Shown one piece after another: positions 46,816 through 54,685 of a DNA stretch of 55,515 bases. The DNA is from Fibrobacterota bacterium (GTDB lineage: Bacteria; Fibrobacterota; Fibrobacteria; UBA5070). The number at the start of each line of letters is the position of its first letter. Position 1 is the stretch's first letter. The position numbers and the translations under genes were made by a program. Under the pieces are notes generated by a model, which did no database searches, was not told where the DNA came from, and saw nothing but the letters and a program-made list of their open reading frames with translations. The DNA is taken from the NCBI GenBank assembly GCA_039798005.1, contig JBDKGV010000001.1, positions 1 through 55,515 on the forward strand. Direction: 5' to 3'.

Positions 46816-47580
46816 ATGGCCTTCGTTCATCCCAATCCGGTCCCGGACCATCCCTTGCTTGCGCGCCTTTCGGCCCGCTATGCCCAAGCAGTGGTGCGCC
46901 TGCAGTACCTGGATGGAGAGGAGATCCTCAAGGAAGGTGCGGCTGAATCCGCGCTCTTCTTCTTGGAGGAAGGGTCCCTTGTCGTCGAGCAGACCGCCGG
47001 CCCCGGCATCCCTGCCCGCATCCTGAAGCTTCTCACCAACTCCGCGGCATCGGGTCAGCTGCTTCCCTTTGGCGAGATGGCCCATGTCGTGGGTGTGCGC
47101 ACCGCGACCATCCGTTCCAGTGGCGGCAGCACCGTGGTCCGCATCGAGGCGACCGTCTTCGAGGACATCTACAAGGAATTCCCCGAGATCGCCCGCACCC
47201 TCAATCTCAAGCTCGTCGAAAAGCTGCGAGACACCAACCACCGCCTCAAGGAGCTTTCCTTGCGGCTGGAGCCTCCGGTGGAGCGCATGTTGCTGGACCG
47301 CGACGAGACCCTGACCACGGCGGGCGAGCCTTCCGAGACCCTTTGGCAATGCGTGGCCGGCCATGTGCGCCGCATCCATCCCGATGGCATCAGCGAGGAG
47401 ATCCTCCCGGATGCCGACGGATTTCTCGACCCGCTGCCGTATTTCCGCGAAGAACCTTGGCCCCGCACCTTGGAAGCCTCCGCCGGCGCCTTTCTCGTAC
47501 GCTGGAATGTCGCGGAACGGTTCGACGTGTTTCGCTTCTATCCCGAACTGGCACAACGCCTCCTCAAGGATCAATCGTGA
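46816..47580 (+). CDS. Cyclic-nucleotide-binding-domain protein (no obvious HTH)
   Basis: The cNMP-binding beta-roll pattern runs from YLDGEEILKEGAAESALFFLEEGSLVV to FGEMAHVVGVRTATIRS. The C-terminal half was not recognised. Confidence 0.6.
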   Translation: MAFVHPNPVPDHPLLARLSARYAQAVVRLQYLDGEEILKEGAAESALFFLEEGSLVVEQTAGPGIPARILKLLTNSAASGQLLPFGEMAHVVGVRTATIRSSGGSTVVRIEATVFEDIYKEFPEIARTLNLKLVEKLRDTNHRLKELSLRLEPPVERMLLDRDETLTTAGEPSETLWQCVAGHVRRIHPDGISEEILPDADGFLDPLPYFREEPWPRTLEASAGAFLVRWNVAERFDVFRFYPELAQRLLKDQS

Positions 47581-49040
47581 ATCTGGGATTCTCCCTGAAT
47601 ATGGACATGCGGATGGAGCAGAAGCTCACTCCGCAGATGATCCAATCGCTCAAGTTGCTGCAAGTCTCCTCTCTCGAGCTGGAAATGCTCGTCAAGCAGG
47701 AGATGGAGCAGAACCCCTGTCTGGAACTGGACGACGGCCCTGAGCCCTACGAGGAGCGCAACTCCGACGACCGGTCCACCGAGGACAACGAATGGGAGGT
47801 CAAGGCTCCGGACGACTTCGAGGAGACTCCTGCGGCCGTGCAGGAGGAGGCCCGGCAGGAGATCGACTGGGAGACCTACTTCGACGACGGCTTCGAGACC
47901 GGCACGAACTTCAACGAGGAACGCGGCGGCGAGGAGGAGTCGTGGGAAGCCACGCCGGTGCATCAGGCCAGCATGGAGGAGTTCCTCTTGGGGCAGCTCA
48001 AGGAAAAGCGCTTCGACCAGACCTTGCGCCCTCTGCTTGAATACCTCGTGGGCGGACTCAACGAGAACGGCTTCCTGGAAGCCACTCGCGAAGAGGCCGT
48101 GAAGAAGTTCCCGGAATTGGATGAGGCCACCTGGGAAGAAGCACTCAACGTGCTCCAGCACCTCGATCCGCCCGGCATCGGAGCCCGCGACCTGCGCGAA
48201 TCGCTTCAGATCCAACTGCTGCGTGGCGGCCATCGCGACACCTTGGCATGGCGCATCGTGGCCGAATGCTTCGGCCTCCTGCAAAAGCTCAAGATCCCCA
48301 CCATTGCCCGGCGCCTTGATTCCACTCCCGAGGAGATCCAGGCCGCCATCAAGGAGATCGGCCAGCTCGAGCCGCGCCCGGGTCGCCAGCTCTCCAGCCA
48401 GCCGCCTCCGTCGGTGATTCCCGACCTGATCGTGGAGAAGGCTCCCGACGGCACGTGGATCGTGATCATCAACGACCGGACCGTTCCCTCCTTGCGCGTC
48501 TCGCGCAGCTATCAGGAGATGATCCGCCGCGGCAGCCGCGCCAGTGCCGACGAGAAGAAGTACGTGCGCGAGAAGCTCAACTCCGCCTCGTGGCTGGTGC
48601 GCTCGATCGAGCAGCGCAAGGGCACGATGCTGCGCGTGATGTATGCCATCATCGACAGCCAGCCCGAGTTCTTCGAAGAAGGCCCCGGTCATCTGCGCCC
48701 GCTGGTGCTGCAGATCATCGCCGACAAGGTGAAGATGCACATCTCCACCGTGAGCCGCGTCACGAATGAGAAGTACGTGCAGACCCCTCACGGCGTCTTC
48801 GAGCTCAAGAGCTTCTTCAGCGCCTCGGTGACTCAAGAAGACGGCACCGAGATCAGTTCGGTGGAGGCGCGCGACGCCATCCAGAAGATGATCCAAGCCG
48901 AGGACCCGGAGGCCCCCCTCTCCGATCAGAAGATCGTGGACGAGCTCAAGAAGAACGGCTTGGATGTCGCGCGGCGCACCGTCGCGAAGTACCGCGACAT
49001 GATGGGGATCCTCCCCGCCCGGATGCGCCGCAAGTTCTAA
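47577..49040 (+). CDS. rpoN: RNA polymerase sigma-54 factor
   Basis: Region I QKLTPQMIQSLKLLQVSSLELEMLVKQEMEQNP, an acidic region II, and a C-terminal HTH. The RpoN box is present (ARRTVAKYRDMMGI). The GTG at 47577 overlaps the upstream TGA (GTGA); an alternative ATG is at 47601. Confidence 0.9.
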   Translation: MNLGFSLNMDMRMEQKLTPQMIQSLKLLQVSSLELEMLVKQEMEQNPCLELDDGPEPYEERNSDDRSTEDNEWEVKAPDDFEETPAAVQEEARQEIDWETYFDDGFETGTNFNEERGGEEESWEATPVHQASMEEFLLGQLKEKRFDQTLRPLLEYLVGGLNENGFLEATREEAVKKFPELDEATWEEALNVLQHLDPPGIGARDLRESLQIQLLRGGHRDTLAWRIVAECFGLLQKLKIPTIARRLDSTPEEIQAAIKEIGQLEPRPGRQLSSQPPPSVIPDLIVEKAPDGTWIVIINDRTVPSLRVSRSYQEMIRRGSRASADEKKYVREKLNSASWLVRSIEQRKGTMLRVMYAIIDSQPEFFEEGPGHLRPLVLQIIADKVKMHISTVSRVTNEKYVQTPHGVFELKSFFSASVTQEDGTEISSVEARDAIQKMIQAEDPEAPLSDQKIVDELKKNGLDVARRTVAKYRDMMGILPARMRRKF

Positions 49041-49043
49041 GGA

Positions 49044-50651
49044 TCAGGGGACGGCAAGGGCCTTGGCAAAGCTCTCGCCGTTGAAGCGCCCGCGCACCAG
49101 CCACATGCCGGAGCGCAGGGGCGGCAGCGCAAAGCTCACCCGATCGGCACCCCATTCCTGAGCGGGCGTGGCGACCACGCGTCCTTGAGCATCCAGGATC
49201 TCAAGCTCCAGCAGACCCGCCCGGGGAAGTTGCGCCTGCAAGGTGCGCCCATCCATCCGCAGGTTCAACCGGGAAAGCGTGCCAGCCGGGCGCAGGCCCA
49301 CGACGCCCGGGCGCTCGTAGGCTCCAAGGTCGGGCAGCCCCACATAGGTGATCGCAATGCCCGGATGCGCCGCATCGGGCGGGACCGTCCCGGCGTTCGC
49401 AAGTTCGCTTGTCATGCTCAAGCCGAAGACCGACAGGTCGACCGTGGAGTCGGCCAGACGGCGCGGCTTCAGGAGACCTTCACTGTACTGAGCGAGATTG
49501 CTGACAAAATCCGTCATATCAACCAGGCGCCCGCGACCGCAGCGCGACTTGGGGGTCTTGGACTTGTCCCAGAGGCAGTTGGAGCTGTCCACGTCCGTCA
49601 CGCCGTCGCGCTTGTCGGTGTAGCCCACGCCTGCCGACCATGCGCTGACGTTGTTGTAGAACACTGCCGCCGAAGGGGCGCTGGACTGGCCGAACTTGTA
49701 GTTGCCATCGGAAAGCGAATTGTCGAACGCGAGATTGTTCACCATCTGGATGGCGCCCGGATTCGAGTTCCAGGTGAAGCCGTTCTTGCCGTTCCCGTAG
49801 GCGACGCTGCGCGAGACGAAGTGCTGGTTGGCGATGTCCGTGCCGCCCAGCTTGAAGCCGTTCTTGTCCCCCTTGGGATTCACGAAACCCGTGGTGAGCG
49901 TGCCGTTGTGGTGGGCGACGCACTGGTCGATCGTCACGGGCCCGATCGCGCCGGTCTCGACCTTGGTGAACAGGTCCCAGCCGTCGTCGATGTTGTGGTG
50001 GGCGATGCAGCCGCGGAACACGTTGCCCACGCCCGTGGTGAGCTTGACGGCGAACCCGTCGGCGTTCTCGCCCGCGTTGGGAAGGGTGTCGAAGTTGTCC
50101 CATGCCTCGCAGTTGAGGATGAGGTTGCGCGAGGGCCAAAGGGCGATTTCGGCAAGCGTGGAATTGCGCCGCCCCAGCTGCAAGCCGGTGTCGCGGTTGC
50201 GGTGAAGCCAGCAGGACTCGACGATATTGTCGTTCCCCGACACGTAGATGCCGTTGTCGGCCGAACCCATGACTTCAAGGCCCTTGATGTGCCAATAGTT
50301 GCCATCGACCTGCAACCCGCGCGGGTTCGACACGTCGGAGGTCTTGCCGTAAGGCTGGCTGGAGAAGTCCAGCACCGGGCGTTCCCCGGCGTAGGCGAAC
50401 AGGCATTTGCGCTTGCCGGGAGCCCCCGCATTCAGGCTGTCGATGGTGATCTGAGCCGAGAATGCGTACACGCCGCCTCGCATCAGGATGGTGTCCCCTG
50501 CGGCGACCTTTTTCAGGGCAGCGCCCAAGGAAAGCGGTGCGGCCACGGTTCCGGCGGCGGCATCGCTACCGTTCGCCGCGACGATCATGGTGGCGGCCTG
50601 AGCCGTCGAGAAGGCTCCCAAGCCCAAGAAAAGTCCGGTCAACAAACGCAT
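49044..50651 (-). CDS. Right-handed beta-helix polysaccharide lyase (pectate lyase, PL9-like) with a T9SS-type C-terminal sorting domain
   Basis: Signal peptide MRLLTGLFLGLGAFSTAQA. Beta-helix coils include NGIYVSGNDNIVESCWLHRNRDTG, NADGFAVK, HHNIDDGWDLF and GDKNGFKLGG. C-terminal tail LELEILDAQGRVV…WLVRGRFNGESFAKALAVP. Confidence 0.65.
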   Translation of the reverse strand: MRLLTGLFLGLGAFSTAQAATMIVAANGSDAAAGTVAAPLSLGAALKKVAAGDTILMRGGVYAFSAQITIDSLNAGAPGKRKCLFAYAGERPVLDFSSQPYGKTSDVSNPRGLQVDGNYWHIKGLEVMGSADNGIYVSGNDNIVESCWLHRNRDTGLQLGRRNSTLAEIALWPSRNLILNCEAWDNFDTLPNAGENADGFAVKLTTGVGNVFRGCIAHHNIDDGWDLFTKVETGAIGPVTIDQCVAHHNGTLTTGFVNPKGDKNGFKLGGTDIANQHFVSRSVAYGNGKNGFTWNSNPGAIQMVNNLAFDNSLSDGNYKFGQSSAPSAAVFYNNVSAWSAGVGYTDKRDGVTDVDSSNCLWDKSKTPKSRCGRGRLVDMTDFVSNLAQYSEGLLKPRRLADSTVDLSVFGLSMTSELANAGTVPPDAAHPGIAITYVGLPDLGAYERPGVVGLRPAGTLSRLNLRMDGRTLQAQLPRAGLLELEILDAQGRVVATPAQEWGADRVSFALPPLRSGMWLVRGRFNGESFAKALAVP

Positions 50652-50782
50652 GAGTTCCTCCTGAAGTCCAAGCCCGGGCGATTGCCCAAGGATCTGATTT
50701 CAGAGGAAAGAGTACGGCCTCACGCTCACGCCTTGCAGGATCATGCTTCGAGTTGCCGTTGAAGACGGATCAACGACTCCGG

Positions 50783-52261
50783 CTACGTCCCTCCGCCTAC
50801 TTCGGACAGGAAGGAGGTGTCCAGGCCGTTGCTCTTGAAGAGCCCAAGCAACCCACCCTTGTCCACCGCCTTGATGTAGGCCTCCTTGGGCTCCACCAGC
50901 TTCTTGCGCACAAGGTCGGTCAGCGAGTCGTTGAGGGTGCACATGCCGAACTTCTTGCCCGTCTGCATCATGCTGGGGATCTGGAAGGTCTTGCCTTCCC
51001 GGATCAGGGCCGAGACCGCCGGCGTTCCGATCAGGATCTCGTAGGCCGCGATGCGTCCGCCTCCGATCTTGCGGCAAAGCGTCTGGGCGATCACTCCCTT
51101 GAGCGACTCGGAAAGCATGGTCCGGATCTGCTCCTGGCGATCGGAGGGGAACACATCGATCAGGCGATCCACCGTGGAGGGAGCCGTGGACGTGTGAAGC
51201 GTGCCGAACACCAAGTGACCGGTCTCGGCCGTCTCGATGGCGATGGAGATGGTCTCAAGGTCGCGCATCTCACCCACCAGCAGGATGTCGGGATCTTCGC
51301 GCAGCGCCGCGCGCAAGGCGCTCTGGAACGACTTGGTGTGCAGCTTCACTTCCCGCTGGTTGATCAGGCAGGACTTGTTGGGGTGCACGAACTCGATCGG
51401 ATCCTCGATCGTGATGATGTGGTCGTTGCGCTCGGTGTTCACATGGTCCACCAAGGCGGCAAGGGTCGTGGACTTGCCCGAACCCGTGGGCCCGGTCACC
51501 AGCACCAGCCCCTTGGTCAGGAAGCACAGGCGCCGCACCTCATCGGGAAGGCCAAGCTCCTCCACCGAAAGAATCTTGTGGGGAATGACGCGAAACACGG
51601 CACCGGCGCCGTTGCGATCGCGAAACAGATTGGCGCGAAAGCGCGCTTCGCCGGGCAGCTCCAGGGCGAAATCCGTGTCACCGCACTGGAGGAACTCCTC
51701 GCGATTGCGCTCGGGGGCCACTTCCAGCAGGATCTCCCGCAAGCCATCGTCCTCCAGACGCGGCAGCCCCTCGCCCCGCACCATGTCGCCCGAGACGCGA
51801 AACATCGGAGGTTCCCCGCACGACAGATGCATGTCCGAGGCCCCGATCTCGAGCATCCGCCGGAACAGGCGGAACAGGGCCGGCTCCACCGCCCGATCGA
51901 CATGCGCCTCCTCCTCGACGATGCGCGTGACCTCCGCCACTTCAGAGAGCGCCTCATCGATCGGGTTGGGCCGGAAGATCGCCATCATCCCGTTCGGGGA
52001 TGGCCTCAAGCGGATCTTGAAGCTGCGGTTTGCGTACTCGTACCGGAAGGCGACTTCATCGCCTTGGGCAAAGCGGTCCATCATGTGAGGCGGCGCGATC
52101 TCGGTGACCAGGGCCGTGACGGTCTGGGGATGGAGATTCTCCGCCGTCATCGCACGCGGCTTGCCATCGAAGACGAAGGCGATGGGCTTTCCGCCTTCCA
52201 GCAGGAAGTGCGTCGCACCGTGATCCAGTTGCGACTGGAGATATGCATCGAGAACCGCCAT
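50783..52261 (-). CDS. PilT-family type IV pilus retraction-type ATPase with a ~120-aa N-terminal extension
   Basis: Walker A GPTGSGKSTTLAALVDHVN. Motifs HIITIEDPIEFVH and REDPDILLVGEMRDLETISIAIETAETGHLVFGTLHT. Length is 492 aa, versus about 345 aa for canonical PilT. Confidence 0.8.
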   Translation of the reverse strand: MAVLDAYLQSQLDHGATHFLLEGGKPIAFVFDGKPRAMTAENLHPQTVTALVTEIAPPHMMDRFAQGDEVAFRYEYANRSFKIRLRPSPNGMMAIFRPNPIDEALSEVAEVTRIVEEEAHVDRAVEPALFRLFRRMLEIGASDMHLSCGEPPMFRVSGDMVRGEGLPRLEDDGLREILLEVAPERNREEFLQCGDTDFALELPGEARFRANLFRDRNGAGAVFRVIPHKILSVEELGLPDEVRRLCFLTKGLVLVTGPTGSGKSTTLAALVDHVNTERNDHIITIEDPIEFVHPNKSCLINQREVKLHTKSFQSALRAALREDPDILLVGEMRDLETISIAIETAETGHLVFGTLHTSTAPSTVDRLIDVFPSDRQEQIRTMLSESLKGVIAQTLCRKIGGGRIAAYEILIGTPAVSALIREGKTFQIPSMMQTGKKFGMCTLNDSLTDLVRKKLVEPKEAYIKAVDKGGLLGLFKSNGLDTSFLSEVGGGT

Positions 52262-52812
52262 CAGCCCATTCCCCCATCCAAAGGAAGGACCGCATCGATC
52301 CCCTCCTTGTTCAAGATCACGACTCCGCTTTCGGTTTCCATCAGGAAAAAGCAGTCCGGGCCGTTCAACAGATCGCTCACGCGCTTGCGGATCGAGGGCA
52401 TGAGCAGGTAGACTTGCCCATCCAGCGATTCCCCTCCCGGGAAGAACACCCGCAATGGAGCCTTGACGACTCCCACCTGCCGGTATTCCTCAAGCTCGAC
52501 CAAGGGCTCCCAGCAGACGATCCGATGAAAGGAGGATTTCCGCCAGAGCTGTATGACACCCTCCGAGGTCCGCAGAGGCAGGAACGATTCACTGTCGTTC
52601 AAGCGGTCCATCAGGCGCTCCGGACCCCGTGGCCCGTTGTCATGCAGAAAAAAGCCAGCCTGCAGGACACCGCCCTTTTCCGTGGCGATTTCCAAAGGCA
52701 CCTCACGCACCATCACCGCAAATTCACTCACGGAAACCTCGCTTCGGGCAGTTTGCCCGACACTTGCCCAAATTGCCCGACCTAGGAACACAGAACCATA
52801 CCATATTTTCAT
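52261..52812 (-). CDS. Hypothetical protein translationally coupled to the PilT-like ATPase gene
   Basis: Its stop overlaps the pilT-like start by 1 nt. Composition is protein-like and no motif was recognised. The start is uncertain. The ATG at 52713 (MVREVPLEI) would leave the TTGCCC repeats and the sigma54 promoter region intergenic. Confidence 0.5.
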   Translation of the reverse strand: MKIWYGSVFLGRAIWASVGQTARSEVSVSEFAVMVREVPLEIATEKGGVLQAGFFLHDNGPRGPERLMDRLNDSESFLPLRTSEGVIQLWRKSSFHRIVCWEPLVELEEYRQVGVVKAPLRVFFPGGESLDGQVYLLMPSIRKRVSDLLNGPDCFFLMETESGVVILNKEGIDAVLPLDGGMG

Positions 52813-52843
52813 CCATTTTGCTGGAATTCTGCAACTTTTGTTT

Positions 52844-52858
52844 TGGCACGCCCTTCGC
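52844..52858 (+). promoter_or_regulatory. Sigma54-type (-24/-12) promoter upstream of small lipoprotein gene 1
   Basis: TGGCACGcccTTCGC has canonical GG-N10-GC spacing and matches TGGCACG-N4-TTGC except for one base in the -12 element. It lies ~70 nt upstream of the ATG at 52927. Confidence 0.6.
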
Positions 52859-52926
52859 TCTTCTATTGGTCAACCTGAGGGCATTCAGTCCTCAACCCTT
52901 TCAAAACTGTTCTTGGAGTAAATACC

Positions 52927-53124
52927 ATGCGCAAGCTTCTCGCCCTCGCCCTCGTCGCCACCTTCTCCGCTCTCGTTGCTTGCAACAAGGCCGAAGAGAC
53001 CAAGCCCGCCGTGGACAGCACCGTTGCAGTGGACACCGCTAAGAAGGACACCGCTGCTCCCGCCGCTGACACCACCAAGAAGGACACCGCAGCTGCCAAG
53101 AAGGACACCGCTGCCAAGAAGTAA
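52927..53124 (+). CDS. Small (65 aa) Lys/Thr/Asp/Ala-rich lipoprotein, paralogue 1
   Basis: MRKLLALALVATFSALVAC has a lipobox. The mature part contains KKDTAA x3 repeats. A GGAG RBS is present and a strong terminator follows. Confidence 0.7.
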   Translation: MRKLLALALVATFSALVACNKAEETKPAVDSTVAVDTAKKDTAAPAADTTKKDTAAAKKDTAAKK

Positions 53125-53159
53125 TCCTACGGCTTCCATCAGGAAGCTGTTCGAATTCA

Positions 53160-53192
53160 CCCTGCATCACTTCGGTGAGGCAGGGTTTTTTG
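53160..53192 (+). terminator. Rho-independent terminator with a UUCG tetraloop
   Basis: ccctgcatcac-ttcg-gtgaggcaggg followed by tttttt. Confidence 0.85.
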
Positions 53193-53294
53193 TTTTCTGG
53201 TCTTGTGGGCATTCCACCCGATCCTCGGGCTTTCCACCCGTATTTCCAAACGCCGAAATGACCCGATAAGGCCTGTGGGGTCGCATTGGCCAAC

Positions 53295-53309
53295 TGGCAC
53301 GCCCCTCGC
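53295..53309 (+). promoter_or_regulatory. Sigma54-type (-24/-12) promoter upstream of small lipoprotein gene 2
   Basis: TGGCACGcccCTCGC has the same core and spacing as the promoter at 52844. It lies ~65 nt upstream of the ATG at 53373. Confidence 0.6.
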
Positions 53310-53372
53310 GCACTCAAGGGATGAAACGGGGGCAATCGCCTCCCTCAGAATTTGATCTCCGGAGTACCTATC

Positions 53373-53579
53373 ATGCGCAAGCTTCTCGCCCTCGCCCTCG
53401 TCGCCACCTTCTCCGCTCTCGTTGCTTGCAACAAGGCCGAAGAAGCCAAGCCCGCCGTGGATTCCACCGTCGCCGTGGACTCCACTGTGAAGGTTGACAC
53501 CATCAAGGCCGACACCGCCAAGGTCGACACCATCAAGAAGGTCGAAACCAAGACCACCGAGACCAAGACCACCAAGTAA
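53373..53579 (+). CDS. Small (68 aa) Lys/Thr/Asp-rich lipoprotein, paralogue 2
   Basis: The first 71 nt are identical to those of the gene at 52927 (same signal peptide and lipobox). The mature part is VDTIKADTAKVDTIKKVETKTTETKTTK. Confidence 0.7.
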   Translation: MRKLLALALVATFSALVACNKAEEAKPAVDSTVAVDSTVKVDTIKADTAKVDTIKKVETKTTETKTTK

Positions 53580-53619
53580 TCCGACCATCCTTCCGTTCAC
53601 GGAGGGATGTCTGAATTCG

Positions 53620-53652
53620 CCCTGCAGCACTTCGGTGCGGCAGGGTTTTTCT
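53620..53652 (+). terminator. Rho-independent terminator with a UUCG tetraloop (paralogous to 53160-53192)
   Basis: ccctgcagcac-ttcg-gtgcggcaggg followed by tttttc. Confidence 0.85.
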
Positions 53653-53682
53653 TTTCCCCCAAGTTCTCCTACCTTTGCAGAG

Positions 53683-54684
53683 ATGATTCAGGAATTCCAG
53701 CAACGCCGCCCCGATGATTTCCACGTCCATCTGCGGCAGGATGATGACCTCCCCTCCTTCGTACGCACCACCGCACGGCAGTTTGCCCGCTGCTTGGTGA
53801 TGCCCAATCTGCTGCCTCCCGTGGCAAGCGGCGAAGATGTCCTGCGCTACCGCGATCAGATCCGGGCGGCAGGCACCACGCTCGAACCTTTGATGGCCTT
53901 CAAGGTCCTGGGGCGCCACAAGCCGGAAGACCTCCCAGCTCTCAAGGCCGCCGGGGCGGTGGCAGGCAAGATCTACCCCGAAGGCGTCACCACCAATGCC
54001 GAAGACGGCGTGCGTGAACTTTCGGAACTCACCCCGTTCTTGGAAGCCATGCAGGACGCCAATCTCGTGCTTTGTCTCCATGGTGAAAAGCCGGGCGGCT
54101 TCGTGCTGGACCGTGAGGCGCTCTTCTTGGAGGACCTGCGCTGGATCGCCGCCAACTTCCCGCGCCTGCGCATCGTGCTTGAGCACGTGAGCACCGCCGC
54201 CGCCGTGCAGGCCGTGCGAGCCTTGCCTGCCACCGTTGCGGCCACCATCACGCTCCATCACTTGGAGATCACCTTGGATGACGTGGTGGGCGGCAACCTG
54301 CGTCCGCACCTCTTCTGCAAGCCGCTGGCCAAGCGCCCCGAGGACCGCGACGCCCTGCTGGATGCCGCCTTCTCCGGGGAGGGGAAGTTCTTCTTCGGAT
54401 CGGACAGCGCCCCGCACCGCAAGGACCGCAAGGAATGCGCCTCCGGGTGTGCCGGCGTCTACACCATGCCCAACGCGATGGAATGCCTGGTCACCTTGTT
54501 TGACAAGCACGGCAAGCTCGGCCGCCTGGAGGACTTCACCGCAGCCTTCGGCGCCGAATTCTACGACCTGCCCCACAACCATGGCACCATGTCGTTCGTG
54601 CGCGAGAGCACGCGCGTGGCCGATCTCGTGGACGGCGTGGTCCCGTACCGCGCCGGTCAGATGCTGCCCTGGCGGATTGCTTAG
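53683..54684 (+). CDS. pyrC: Dihydroorotase (homodimeric, class II type)
   Basis: RPDDFHVHLRQ (HxH metal site), KIYPEG.TTN, VLCLHGE, LEHVST and FFGSDSAPH match E. coli-type PyrC. The start is the ATG at 53683. Confidence 0.85.
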   Translation: MIQEFQQRRPDDFHVHLRQDDDLPSFVRTTARQFARCLVMPNLLPPVASGEDVLRYRDQIRAAGTTLEPLMAFKVLGRHKPEDLPALKAAGAVAGKIYPEGVTTNAEDGVRELSELTPFLEAMQDANLVLCLHGEKPGGFVLDREALFLEDLRWIAANFPRLRIVLEHVSTAAAVQAVRALPATVAATITLHHLEITLDDVVGGNLRPHLFCKPLAKRPEDRDALLDAAFSGEGKFFFGSDSAPHRKDRKECASGCAGVYTMPNAMECLVTLFDKHGKLGRLEDFTAAFGAEFYDLPHNHGTMSFVRESTRVADLVDGVVPYRAGQMLPWRIA

Positions 54685-54685
54685 A

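Noticed and set aside
52261-52812. Possible PilZ (c-di-GMP binding) domain next to the PilT-like ATPase, based on RLMDR (RxxxR).
   Set aside because: The required D/NxSxxG element is not present at the proper distance. NDSESF follows immediately and lacks the Gly.
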